Translations under genes and position numbers: made by a program
Notes under the pieces: generated by a model
What the model saw: only the letters and a program-made list of their open reading frames with translations
Told to the model about the DNA's origin: nothing
Database searches by the model: none
In this document: positions 1 to 8,806 of the stretch, piece after piece
How positions within the stretch are numbered: the first letter of the stretch is position 1
Layout of the letters: every line of letters starts with the position of its first letter
Source: a virus
Taxonomy: Duplodnaviria; Caudoviricetes
Length of the DNA stretch: 34,210 nt
Direction: 5' to 3' (one strand)
IMG/VR virus record: IMGVR_UViG_3300048598_000581
Coordinates: 1 to 34,210 of that record

Positions 1-882
1 ATGAAAATCAAGACAAACGGGTTTGGGCACACGGAACATTATTACATCAGCGACGGCGACTTCATGTTGAACTACACACCGTATGAGTATGACGAGCTTA
101 GTGGCCGATACTATTACCTTGAGCCCTCGATCAGTTTAACCAGTAAAGCCGGTCGTGAGGGCGGTCTCGTTCGCCGTCGTATCAGCAAGGCCGATTATGA
201 GAGCGCACTCGGCGAATGCAAGACTCGCTTTGCCGAAACCTTTAAGGATCAAGAGGAAAGACCGCATGAGGAACTCCTGGAAAATACGGCAGCGGACGCG
301 CTCCACTACAGGGCCAACCGCATTGAAGGCAAAATGCCAGCAGTAGGAGCCTTCGTTCCGCACATCAGCGCAAAGGACATGATAGACGACTTTGATCAGG
401 AACTCCGTTATCAGATTAAGAGTACCCATTATCCCAGTGTAAACCCGGAGACAGCACGGCACGAATTATACGGATTCATGGTTGCCCTTCGCGAGCTGGG
501 TCTTTATGACTCTGACAAATGCTTCGTAGTACCGGGACATTTTACTAGGGTGGAATCCGACACCAAACCAATCGGATTCATAAACCTCCCGCCTTTGCAA
601 CGGGACAGTAGTACGGCCCGGGAGGTTTATGCCCTTGGGGTCTCTCTTTTGAAGGGGTGCCCGGAAAATGATTGCCGCATCTATCTCAACAATTTCTGCA
701 TGTGCCGTGAACTCGATGAACAGGCCAAGCGCCTTGATGGATGGCCTCGCGAGGTCGTCGAGTCCAACCTTCGAAAACTGTATTTTGAGCTTGAGACCAT
801 GTATACCATGAACTATGCAATTAAGAAGTATAGAAGAGGAGAGGACCAGAATGAAGCAGTTCTACGTCACCCTTTGCCGTGA
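1..882 (+). CDS. Hypothetical early protein (293 aa), possibly multi-domain
   Basis: Long ORF on the phage strand directly upstream of the ner-A-B block; no recognised motif. Confidence 0.7.
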   Translation: MKIKTNGFGHTEHYYISDGDFMLNYTPYEYDELSGRYYYLEPSISLTSKAGREGGLVRRRISKADYESALGECKTRFAETFKDQEERPHEELLENTAADALHYRANRIEGKMPAVGAFVPHISAKDMIDDFDQELRYQIKSTHYPSVNPETARHELYGFMVALRELGLYDSDKCFVVPGHFTRVESDTKPIGFINLPPLQRDSSTAREVYALGVSLLKGCPENDCRIYLNNFCMCRELDEQAKRLDGWPREVVESNLRKLYFELETMYTMNYAIKKYRRGEDQNEAVLRHPLP

Positions 883-1054
883 GCTCTCCGGCCATTGCAT
901 CCATGCGGAAGCCCCGAGTAAAGATATTCTCCAACATTATATTATCGAACATTATGGGAAAATATGGTGCAGCATAACCGAGAAGAAACCTTCGGAGCGG
1001 GTAATCGGCCACATGATTTTCCTGGAGGACGGGAATGTCGAGACTCTTCCATAA
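851..1054 (+). CDS. Small hypothetical protein (67 aa, MKQFYVTLC...)
   Basis: ATG at 851 preceded by GAGGAGAGGA; overlaps the end of ORF1. Confidence 0.65.
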   Translation: MKQFYVTLCRELSGHCIHAEAPSKDILQHYIIEHYGKIWCSITEKKPSERVIGHMIFLEDGNVETLP

Positions 1055-1102
1055 CAGCTCGGAAGTAAATCTAAGACTACCATCGCAGAAAGGAGGAGCG
1101 CG

Positions 1103-1327
1103 ATGAAAGGCAGGAATAACAGGCTTACCCCATTCGGGAAGTATGTCACGAAAACCCTTACAGACAAAGACATGAGCAAAACGCAGCTTGCCGAAGCGAT
1201 CGGAACATCGCCGCAATATCTGAGCTATATCCTATACGGTACCCGGTCGGGCGAGAAGTACCTCCCGGCGATCGTCGTGGCTCTCGAACTCGATCCGAAA
1301 AAGGTCGAGAAGCTTATAGCAGCATGA
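1103..1327 (+). CDS. ner: Ner/Cro-like XRE-family HTH regulator
   Basis: HTH signature MSKTQLAEAIGTSPQYLSYILYG; RBS AGAAAGGAGG; immediately upstream of the transposase, as Mu ner is. Confidence 0.8.
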   Translation: MKGRNNRLTPFGKYVTKTLTDKDMSKTQLAEAIGTSPQYLSYILYGTRSGEKYLPAIVVALELDPKKVEKLIAA

Positions 1328-1341
1328 AGGGAGGGACAGAA

Positions 1342-3414
1342 GTGCCGGAGGTCTATATCACACTTGAAGAGGCGGCAGAACTTGAGGGCGTTGCATATTT
1401 TACCTTGTACAGACGGATTCAACGCAGTCCATCATCATTCAAAATAATAACACAGCACCGCGAAGGTGGGGGTAAGGAGCAGGTTATGGTCTCTGTCGCC
1501 TCTCTATCCTCAAAGGCAAGAAAGGCGTACAAGGCCACTCAGAAAGTAGATGGGAGGGATGTCATCATAGAACAGAGAGCAGCGGAAACGCCGTGGTATG
1601 TGGAGCTCGACCTCAGCCACTATGTCGAGACGCATAAGAAGCAGTATTATGAAGCGATCGAGCTCGCAAAGCGGGTGCAGGGGTTTATCGACTATGACGG
1701 ACCCGACCGGACAGGCTACGCCGACCGTTTTGCCCTTGGCCTTGGGGTAAGCACCCCCACCCTGTACAGATATGTCGAGGGTATCCTTGAGGCGTCAGCC
1801 TGGGCTCTCCGGCTTGAAAAAGAGGACGGCAAAACCCGAGACTACTTCCGGCCGTTGTCCCTCTGCCGGAAGCCGAAAGAAGTAGGAAGTTTTCCAAGCC
1901 TCAGCAACGAGCAGAAGGCCGTTATTGAAAACATATGGTTCGACAGACATTTCGCCGCGAACCTCGGCACGATCGAGATGCTTTATGAGAAGTTCGAGGA
2001 GATTGCCGAGGACCGGGCCTGGGATGAATATCCCTCCATAAAGACAGTCGCGCGGTATATCAAGTACCTGATGGACAAGCCAGGAGTCGAGAGCGCCCGT
2101 TTTTTAGCAGCCAACGGACTGCGGGAATGGAAGAACAAGAAGCAGCTTAAAGCCAAACGTGACGCAACCACACTTGAGGTAATGGAATACGTCGTTGGCG
2201 ACGAGCACACCTTCGATTTTTGGGTCCAGATCACTCAGTCCAACGGTAAAATAAAGGCTGTTCGCCCAAAGCTTGTCGCCTGGATGGACATGAGAAGCCG
2301 CACGATTATCGGAGACGTGGCCTGCATTGACGCCAACAGTCAGACCCTAAAGGAAAGCCTCGCTAAAATGATTTACAGTAATCCGGGTGGAGTCCCGAAG
2401 ATACTCCATGTCGATAACGGAAAGGATTACACCTCTCGGGGCATGACCGGCCAAAACCGCAAAGAGCGCAAGATCGAGTTCCAGTTCGACGCCGAGACGG
2501 TCGGCTTCTATCAGTCAATCGGTATCCAGGAGGTCGGGCGGTCGCTCCCATATCAGCCATGGGACAAGCCGATCGAGCGGTTCTTCAAGACGGTATGTGA
2601 TAGGTTCTCTCGGTGGTTCGAATCCTACACAGGCACCCTCACAGGCTCCAAGACCTATGCCAAACGACATAAGGATGTCGATCGGATGCTAGAGCGCGGG
2701 GAACTCCTCACGATGGAGGAGTTCTTCGAAGCCTGGACAGACTGGAAGAACAACAAGTACCACGTCCGGGAGCATCGGGGCCTAAAGGATGCAGGCGAGA
2801 AATGGACCACACCGATTGAAATGTACGAGAACGGCCCCCGTTACATGAAGGCCGCGCCACCCAGAGAATACGCGGCAATGCTCCTAATGAAAACGGACAA
2901 CGCTCTCGTGAGAACTCAGGGTATTATCAAGTTTGGCACCCTCTACACCGACTATGAGCTATGCAAATACGAGGGCCGAACAGTCGGCATAAAGTGGGAT
3001 ATCGATGACGTCACGAAGCTTTACGTCTACGACGAGCAGGGGCGAAAAATATGCGAGGCCGTTTCTGCCGAGCTTCTGCAATTCGGGCCACGATGCTCCC
3101 AGGCCGCGATTGAGAAGCTCATGCGCGACAAGAAGCGTAACGAGCGCGAGATCAAGGAGATACTGGACAGCATGACCCGCCCATACGAGGAACGGCTTGA
3201 ACAGGGCCGGGCTTCCGAGGCGTTCGGCAAGATCGATCTTACTATTAAGGCCAGCCGGCAAAACAAGGTTATTTCGATGCCCAATGATAAGGAGTTCCGG
3301 GCAGAGATGACCGCAACCGGAAAACAGGCGAAAAAGAGGACAGGCGCTGGGGACGAGTTCCTCGGCAAAAAGGCAAATGATGCGCTCTCCAGACTGAGAG
3401 CCATGAATGAATAA
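1342..3414 (+). CDS. MuA-like DDE transposase
   Basis: N-terminal HTH (ITLEEAAELEGVAYFTLYRRI); catalytic motifs VVGDEHTFD, HVDNGKDY, KPIERFF; Mu C-terminal-like region (WDIDDVTKLYVYD); GTG start at 1342 follows GGAGGG (ATG at 1324 is the alternative). Confidence 0.95.
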   Translation: MPEVYITLEEAAELEGVAYFTLYRRIQRSPSSFKIITQHREGGGKEQVMVSVASLSSKARKAYKATQKVDGRDVIIEQRAAETPWYVELDLSHYVETHKKQYYEAIELAKRVQGFIDYDGPDRTGYADRFALGLGVSTPTLYRYVEGILEASAWALRLEKEDGKTRDYFRPLSLCRKPKEVGSFPSLSNEQKAVIENIWFDRHFAANLGTIEMLYEKFEEIAEDRAWDEYPSIKTVARYIKYLMDKPGVESARFLAANGLREWKNKKQLKAKRDATTLEVMEYVVGDEHTFDFWVQITQSNGKIKAVRPKLVAWMDMRSRTIIGDVACIDANSQTLKESLAKMIYSNPGGVPKILHVDNGKDYTSRGMTGQNRKERKIEFQFDAETVGFYQSIGIQEVGRSLPYQPWDKPIERFFKTVCDRFSRWFESYTGTLTGSKTYAKRHKDVDRMLERGELLTMEEFFEAWTDWKNNKYHVREHRGLKDAGEKWTTPIEMYENGPRYMKAAPPREYAAMLLMKTDNALVRTQGIIKFGTLYTDYELCKYEGRTVGIKWDIDDVTKLYVYDEQGRKICEAVSAELLQFGPRCSQAAIEKLMRDKKRNEREIKEILDSMTRPYEERLEQGRASEAFGKIDLTIKASRQNKVISMPNDKEFRAEMTATGKQAKKRTGAGDEFLGKKANDALSRLRAMNE

Positions 3415-3426
3415 GGAGGTCATATT

Positions 3427-4398
3427 ATGATGGAAGTCACAGCAACAGCGGCAAAAGCCGCCACCTACACGGGCAGCATGAATATCGCCATGAAGATCAA
3501 CACCCACCTCATTGCGACGGGCAAGAGTATTGCTCTTCTTGCCCGGGAGATCAACTACTCTCGCACCACCGTTTCCCGCTATCTGAGCGGCAAGTACGAC
3601 AGCGACACTACGGACATCGAAGCCCGTCTCACGGAGTACCTTGCCAGACACACGGGCGAAAAGGCCACCATTTCCGCAGCATCCAAGCCGGTAAAGCGCC
3701 CACGCTTTTTCGAGAGCCGGGACGCAAAAGCTATCCTTGGGGTATGCCAATCATGCCAGGAGTATATTGGCCTCGGCATAGTTGTCGGCCGCTCCGGGTA
3801 TGGCAAGACTCACACCCTAAAGGAATACGCCAAGCTCTCCAGGGTTGCATACATAGAATGTGACGACACCATGAGCAGCCGGGACCTCGTTGAAGCGATC
3901 GAGAAATCTATTGGCATCCCATCCGGCTACGGCACTATCTGGAAGCGCGTGAACGGTATCCGTGACTATTGCAACACGAATAAGGGCTATCTCATTATCA
4001 TCGACGAGGCGGACAAGCTCGTTTCCAAGTACACACAGAAAAAAATGGAGATTCTCCGGGCAATTTTCGATCAGTCGGATGTCGGTATCGTCATAGCTGG
4101 CGAACCAAAGCTTGAAGCGCAGATCAAAAGCTATCTTGCACGTATGGCAAACCGGGTTGACTTCTATGCTTCCCTCCGCGGTTTGACGGCCTCCGAAGTT
4201 GATGGATATCTCGAAGATTATGAAGTTGAGCCGGAGGCACTGGCCGAGCTCAAGGCCCGCGCGTGTAACATGCAAACCGGATGCTTCCGATTGCTCGACC
4301 GCACCCTGTCAAATGTGAAGCGCATCCTCGCCGAGACCGGCGGAGACACGATCACCCTAAAGGTAATCGAGCAAGCATCCAGTATGATGATGCTTTAG
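3427..4398 (+). CDS. MuB-like AAA+ transposition ATPase with N-terminal HTH
   Basis: Walker A GRSGYGKT, Walker B LIIIDEAD, HTH LAREINYSRTTVSRYLSG; RBS AAGGAGGT; follows transposase. Confidence 0.95.
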   Translation: MMEVTATAAKAATYTGSMNIAMKINTHLIATGKSIALLAREINYSRTTVSRYLSGKYDSDTTDIEARLTEYLARHTGEKATISAASKPVKRPRFFESRDAKAILGVCQSCQEYIGLGIVVGRSGYGKTHTLKEYAKLSRVAYIECDDTMSSRDLVEAIEKSIGIPSGYGTIWKRVNGIRDYCNTNKGYLIIIDEADKLVSKYTQKKMEILRAIFDQSDVGIVIAGEPKLEAQIKSYLARMANRVDFYASLRGLTASEVDGYLEDYEVEPEALAELKARACNMQTGCFRLLDRTLSNVKRILAETGGDTITLKVIEQASSMMML

Positions 4399-4407
4399 GG
4401 GGATACA

Positions 4408-4662
4408 GTGATGGAAGAAGTGAAAGGATTTACTATTCGTTATGCGGATGGAAGGCAAGTGGATTTTTGGGAAGGCGAAATAGTCGAGCTCAAGCGCATA
4501 AATGGGAGACGGTTAAAGAATTGCGAGATTGAGTTTGTTTTTGAAGGTGGTTTTGTATATTTCCGACGCACCCCAAAAAGAGGGTCTTATTCACAGGTTA
4601 GGTTCACGGAATTGGATGAGATCAAAAAGGAGGATGAACAATGCGACGCACAGCAGTACTAA
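4408..4662 (+). CDS. Hypothetical protein (AT-rich)
   Basis: ORF with GGGGGA RBS right after MuB; start GTG 4408 or ATG 4411. Confidence 0.6.
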   Translation: MMEEVKGFTIRYADGRQVDFWEGEIVELKRINGRRLKNCEIEFVFEGGFVYFRRTPKRGSYSQVRFTELDEIKKEDEQCDAQQY

Positions 4663-4889
4663 AGATTGAGGACGCCGTATCAATCGGCCTTACCTGTCTC
4701 GAACAGGGGCTCGATGACAAAGCGGTCGTCCGGGAAAATATCCTCGCGGCGATTGCCGAAAACTGTCTTCCCGTCTGCGAAGGCATGGAATTGGAAGACT
4801 ACCCGGTAAAGTTTTTAAACATGCTGCATGAACGGCTCGGGATTTCCTTTGAAGTCCATGACAGCAGAATTACAGCAACCACTATATAA
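4641..4889 (+). CDS. Hypothetical protein
   Basis: RBS AAGGAGGA, ATG, operonic overlap. Confidence 0.65.
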   Translation: MRRTAVLKIEDAVSIGLTCLEQGLDDKAVVRENILAAIAENCLPVCEGMELEDYPVKFLNMLHERLGISFEVHDSRITATTI

Positions 4890-4911
4890 ATAGGAAAGGA
4901 ATGATACAAGT

Positions 4912-5436
4912 ATGGCACGAAAACGCATTATAGAGGCCCCTGCCCTCAAGTCATGGGAGGACGCCGACAGGGCCCTCCGGGAGATTGCCGAGGAGCAGAT
5001 CGCCCTCCAGGACATCGAGAACGACATGCAGCGTCAGATCATCGGCGTCAAGAAGATCGCCGAGCAGGACAGTAAGCCCCATGCAGATCGCATCTCCAAG
5101 CTTGAGCGTGACCTCAAGGAGTTTGTAGAAGACCATCGCGACGAGCTCGGCAAGGCCAAAACAAGGACCCTTAATTTCGGCGAAGTAGGCTACAGGCTTT
5201 CTACGTCAATATCTCTCCCGAAGGCCAAGGAGAAGATTGAGGATATTATCCGCAAACTCAAAGCCAGGGGCATGAACGACTGTATTGTCGTCAAGGAGGA
5301 CATCAGCAAGGAGAACCTTAAAAAATACGGCGAGGACACGGTGAATGCGGTCGGGGCCTCCTGGAAGCAGAAAGACGCCTTCGGGTACGACATCTATGTT
5401 GAGAAGCTCGAACGCATCAAGGCGTCCGGTGATTAG
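4912..5436 (+). CDS. gam: Mu Gam-like host-nuclease inhibitor (DNA end protection)
   Basis: LKSWEDADRALREIAE, coiled coil, KTRTLNFGEVGYR and KEDISKENLK motifs typical of Mu Gam; position after B. Confidence 0.9.
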   Translation: MARKRIIEAPALKSWEDADRALREIAEEQIALQDIENDMQRQIIGVKKIAEQDSKPHADRISKLERDLKEFVEDHRDELGKAKTRTLNFGEVGYRLSTSISLPKAKEKIEDIIRKLKARGMNDCIVVKEDISKENLKKYGEDTVNAVGASWKQKDAFGYDIYVEKLERIKASGD

Positions 5437-5450
5437 AAGGGAGGAACGGC

Positions 5451-5909
5451 ATGAAAACGACCGTAAGAAGAGGCGGGCATAAACCCGCCTCCATCCGTAC
5501 CCTCTGGGCGATCGCCAAGTCCCCGGAACTGATGCTCTCGGATGAGAACCTCCATGAGCTCGTGAACAGGGAGACCGGCAAGGACAGCATGAAAAAGCTT
5601 ACCCAGGGAGAGATCAGCAAGCTTGCCCGCATCCTCCAGAATTTGAAGGATGGCGTCCAAAAGACTACTCGCAACAAGCGGACCGATGAAGGCGGCGATC
5701 CTCGCACCGTGCAGCTACGGCACAAGATTTACGCGCTTTGTAATGTACTCGGGTGGAACAATGACAACAAACGCATCAATGGCTTCGCGAAACGGGTATG
5801 CGGGGTCGAACGCATTGAATGGCTTACTATCGCACAGTGCCATAAAATTATTGAGGCCCTCAAGGGCATGGTGGCACGGCAGCAGCAGAAAGGGGCTGAT
5901 ACTGTTTGA
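5451..5909 (+). CDS. gemA: GemA / Mu gp16 (DUF1018) family protein
   Basis: GKDSMKKLT and GVERIEWLTIAQCHKIIEALKGM motifs characteristic of GemA. Confidence 0.85.
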   Translation: MKTTVRRGGHKPASIRTLWAIAKSPELMLSDENLHELVNRETGKDSMKKLTQGEISKLARILQNLKDGVQKTTRNKRTDEGGDPRTVQLRHKIYALCNVLGWNNDNKRINGFAKRVCGVERIEWLTIAQCHKIIEALKGMVARQQQKGADTV

Positions 5910-6367
5910 GAATTTACGTTGCATCATCCTGGAGGAATGACATACAGCCTTTTGTTGTGGAGGCATTAAGAAAGGCCGGGCATGAGGTATACGACTTTAA
6001 AAATCCTGCTCCCGGTAACACTGGCTTTAAATGGGGAGAAATTGACACGGGTTGGACGACATGGAGGCCGGAAACTTTTAGGGATGCCCTGTCCCACCCC
6101 ATAGCCAAGCAAGGGTTTGGCTATGACATGGCAGCACTAGCAGACTCTGAGGCTTGCGTACTTGTCTTGCCCTGCGGAAAGTCCGCCCATTTGGAAGCCG
6201 GTTATGCTATCGGGGCCGGAAAGCCAACGATCATCCTGCTCCAAAATGGCGATCCCGAACTTATGTACAAAATGACCCCTTACATTTGCCTGAGCATACC
6301 CGAGGTCGTGGTAACCCTCGAAAAGCTGGCTGGAAGGGAGGGAAAAATTCATGTCGAGAAAACCTAA
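5906..6367 (+). CDS. Nucleoside 2-deoxyribosyltransferase-fold (NDT/DUF4406-like) protein
   Basis: IYVASSW, LRKAGHEVYD and D..AL..SEACVLVLPCGKSAHLEAGYAIGAGKP pattern with conserved Glu; TTG start overlapping the gemA stop. Confidence 0.7.
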   Translation: MRIYVASSWRNDIQPFVVEALRKAGHEVYDFKNPAPGNTGFKWGEIDTGWTTWRPETFRDALSHPIAKQGFGYDMAALADSEACVLVLPCGKSAHLEAGYAIGAGKPTIILLQNGDPELMYKMTPYICLSIPEVVVTLEKLAGREGKIHVEKT

Positions 6368-6734
6368 AAAAGCAAAAAAGATGACTGTCCGTGAGAAGGC
6401 GTTCCGGGCAGAGATTAAGAAGGAGCTCCAGCAAGAGGGACGGCTCCCTCCCGACAAGCCCAGGCTCAACCGTAAAAAGTTCGCGAAGGAAGTTGTTGCC
6501 GAATATGAACAGATGAAAGGGATAGATGACTTTTTTTATTTGAAAAAAGCAATCGGGTGTATGGTTTCTCCCGATATGCGGGACGTTACGTCGGAGCAGG
6601 TCGGCGTCCTCAAGGCACTCAAAATTGCCGTTTTGACCAAGAAGTTCGAGGAGGCTATTAAAACAGAGGGACGTATGCAGTACACAATTGGGGAGTATAT
6701 CGAAAAAGTCGTACTCCCAATCATAAAACTATAG
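6351..6734 (+). CDS. Basic hypothetical phage protein
   Basis: RBS GGGAGGG; Lys/Arg-rich N-terminus; phage-like codon usage. Confidence 0.75.
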   Translation: MSRKPKKAKKMTVREKAFRAEIKKELQQEGRLPPDKPRLNRKKFAKEVVAEYEQMKGIDDFFYLKKAIGCMVSPDMRDVTSEQVGVLKALKIAVLTKKFEEAIKTEGRMQYTIGEYIEKVVLPIIKL

Positions 6735-6747
6735 GAGGTATAAAACC

Positions 6748-6861
6748 ATGTTAGAAGACAAGAACAAAACAACCGCTCCCGATCAGGAGCAGGAAATCAA
6801 TGAAGTGGATGGAGAGCCTATCTTCCACGCCCCCGAAGAGGAAGGAGAAAACAATGAGTAA
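6748..6861 (+). CDS. Acidic 37-aa micro-protein (MLEDKNKTTAPDQEQEINEVDGEPIFHAPEEEGENNE), absent from the ORF track
   Basis: AGGAGGT RBS 7 nt before ATG 6748; fills the gap exactly; stop overlaps amidase start (ATGAGTAA). Confidence 0.65.
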   Translation: MLEDKNKTTAPDQEQEINEVDGEPIFHAPEEEGENNE

Positions 6862-7633
6862 AATTAAAGTATGCCTCGACGCCGGCCACGCCACCGGCAC
6901 CTATAATCAGTCCCCCGTTCTTAAGAGTTATTACGAAAGTGCGATGAACTGGAAGCTGCACCTACTGCTCAAGGACAAGCTTGAGGCCAAGGGCTTTGAA
7001 GTTATCACAACAAGGACCAGCCGGGAAACGGACCTAGCCGTTTACAATCGTGGTTTGGCAGCAAAGGGGTGCAACATTTTCCTGAGTATCCATTCCAATG
7101 CTTGTGACACCGAAAGCGTGGATTATCCTGTTGTCTACCGGGCATATGACAACCTCAACAATGTGGATGCGTTGGCCCTTAAACTCAGCAAAAAGATCGG
7201 CGAACTCATGGGGACAAAACAGGCCGGTCGAACCGCTATTCGTAAAAATGACTCAGGCGGAGAGTACTACGGTGTGCTCCGGGGGGCCAGAGCGGCAGGG
7301 GTTCCCTATTATCTTCTGGCAGAGCACAGCTTCCATACCAATCTCACTGCGGCGAAATGGCTCTCCTTTGACGCCAACCTTGCCAAGCTGGCCGAGGCCG
7401 AGGCGGATATCTTCGCCGGGCACTTTGGTGTAGCGGTACCAAAAGAGCCAGCGGAGAACATTGCTGGAAGCAAATACCCGGCATGGCAGGAGGACGGGCT
7501 TGCCGAGCTCGTTAAGGCTGGAATCATTACCTCACCCCCGACATATTGGCAAACTCGATTTGACAAGCCTATCACGGTTGGGGAGGTCATTGGCCTCCTT
7601 GGAAAGCTGGTAAGCGAGACCAATGACCAATAG
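6854..7633 (+). CDS. N-acetylmuramoyl-L-alanine amidase (Amidase_3) endolysin with C-terminal SLH-like domain
   Basis: Zn/catalytic motifs LDAGH, YYE, FLSIHSNA, LAEHSFH; C-terminal PAWQEDGLAELVKAGII...DKPITVGEV; ATG 6854 after GAAGGAG. Confidence 0.9.
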   Translation: MSKIKVCLDAGHATGTYNQSPVLKSYYESAMNWKLHLLLKDKLEAKGFEVITTRTSRETDLAVYNRGLAAKGCNIFLSIHSNACDTESVDYPVVYRAYDNLNNVDALALKLSKKIGELMGTKQAGRTAIRKNDSGGEYYGVLRGARAAGVPYYLLAEHSFHTNLTAAKWLSFDANLAKLAEAEADIFAGHFGVAVPKEPAENIAGSKYPAWQEDGLAELVKAGIITSPPTYWQTRFDKPITVGEVIGLLGKLVSETNDQ

Positions 7634-7653
7634 CAGGGACTGGAGGGAATCTA

Positions 7654-7809
7654 ATGAAATGCCCTTACTGTAAAGGTAAAAATCTGTATTTGAAACGCAC
7701 GTCTCCAATAGAAGTATGGGGATGCAAGGATTGCGAGAAAAAGATTAAAATTATGCGCGAAAATGGCATGTGCGATAAGGATATCAAGAGAGTAATTTGT
7801 AACTCATAA
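7654..7809 (+). CDS. Small zinc-ribbon protein (51 aa), absent from the ORF track
   Basis: MKCPYC...WGCKDC: two CxxC pairs; RBS GGAGGG. Confidence 0.7.
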   Translation: MKCPYCKGKNLYLKRTSPIEVWGCKDCEKKIKIMRENGMCDKDIKRVICNS

Positions 7810-7824
7810 GGTAAAGAAGGTGAA

Positions 7825-8160
7825 ATGATGATCGGATATTTGTCTCCTGAAGCTAGATTTTATGAATGTGAATCTTGGGGGCATGTGAGCAAGGCCAATG
7901 AAATCTACGAGGAAATTTATGGAGAGCATTGTTATGGGAGCGCCGAAAACCAATTGCTACAGTTGGGCTATTTGGTGTTGCGAGCCCGTGATGCCTACAT
8001 GAATTATAGAACCGATGATGGCAAGTGGATTGTTTTAGCAGATCGTCAAATAGATTGGATACAAAATCACTTGGAAGCCCTAAACGATGCGGTAAAGCAT
8101 GATTTGGGTGAAATACTGTGCGATCAAGAAAAAATGAAAAAGCGCCATACGGCGCAATAG
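7825..8160 (+). CDS. Hypothetical protein (AT-rich)
   Basis: RBS AAGGTG; 111-aa ORF in operon orientation. Confidence 0.65.
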   Translation: MMIGYLSPEARFYECESWGHVSKANEIYEEIYGEHCYGSAENQLLQLGYLVLRARDAYMNYRTDDGKWIVLADRQIDWIQNHLEALNDAVKHDLGEILCDQEKMKKRHTAQ

Positions 8161-8180
8161 CAGGAAAGTGAGGGATTTTG

Positions 8181-8357
8181 ATGAAGGTTACAGTCAGCAA
8201 CATACCAAAGGAAAAGTTCCAGGCCGTTCAAACGAGTGTTTGCAAAGCTCTTTTCCAAAACGGCATTCGGGCGGACGAACTTGAAACCATAATACTCGAA
8301 GATGGATTGAGCGGAGAATTCCAAGGTTTTGAATTTGAGATAAAGCCTGAAGACTGA
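8181..8357 (+). CDS. Small acidic hypothetical protein (58 aa, MKVTVSNIPK...), absent from the ORF track
   Basis: RBS GAGGG, ATG 8181, TGA 8355-8357; fills the gap before mor. Confidence 0.55.
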   Translation: MKVTVSNIPKEKFQAVQTSVCKALFQNGIRADELETIILEDGLSGEFQGFEFEIKPED

Positions 8358-8395
8358 TGCATAATATGCGGATTTAATGAAAGGGGGTGCAGGAC

Positions 8396-8716
8396 ATGAA
8401 TGAGCTATCAAAAGACCTAACAATCGAAATGATCCCGGAAGGTCTATATAAGGAGATTGCAACGGCGATCGGAACGGATAATTTCGTCCGGCTGGCCGAG
8501 GTTATCGGTGGAGCTACAGTTTACATACCGAAGCCCGAGAGTATTGTTCGCCCTGTCCGCGACGCCCGAATAAAGGCAGAGTTCAACGGGTACAATCATC
8601 TTGAATTAGCAAGGCGGTACGGCGTCACGGAACGATGGGTCCGCCAGCTATGCGGGGATGGACATTGCGAAGGTCAACTCAGTCTCTTGGACCTCCTCGA
8701 TGAACCACCGAAATGA
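8396..8716 (+). CDS. mor: Mor/C family transcription activator
   Basis: GGATVYIPK, RDARIKAEFNGYNHLELARRYGVTERWVRQL; position before the late genes. Confidence 0.92.
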   Translation: MNELSKDLTIEMIPEGLYKEIATAIGTDNFVRLAEVIGGATVYIPKPESIVRPVRDARIKAEFNGYNHLELARRYGVTERWVRQLCGDGHCEGQLSLLDLLDEPPK

Positions 8717-8727
8717 ACAACGACTCT

Positions 8728-8771
8728 TAGAAGTGCTACCAATAGAAGCTTCCGGGATAAAGCCCTAAAAT
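8728..8771 (+). promoter_or_regulatory. Putative activator-dependent late promoter
   Basis: -10 TAAAAT (8766-8771), 17-bp spacer, poor -35 TAGAAG (8743-8748) repeated at 8728-8733 within an imperfect dyad. Confidence 0.5.
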
Positions 8772-8806
8772 AAGACTACAAGCTCTGCTTGTAGTCTTAT
8801 TTTGTT
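8767..8806 (+). terminator. Perfect 17-bp inverted repeat, likely intrinsic terminator of the early/middle operon
   Basis: AAAATAAGACTACAAGC-TCT-GCTTGTAGTCTTATTTT followed by GTT. Confidence 0.7.

Noticed and set aside
1072-1080. TAAGACTAC upstream of ner matches the hairpin arm at 8771-8779
   Set aside because: A single 9-bp match is not improbable in 34 kb; no flanking similarity
2959-3750. 263-aa antisense ORF across the A/B junction
   Set aside because: Fully overlaps two well-supported genes; no independent support
8335-8370. Possible mor promoter TTGAGA...CATAAT with small GCATA-A-TATGC dyad
   Set aside because: 19-bp spacing and non-consensus -10; insufficient support
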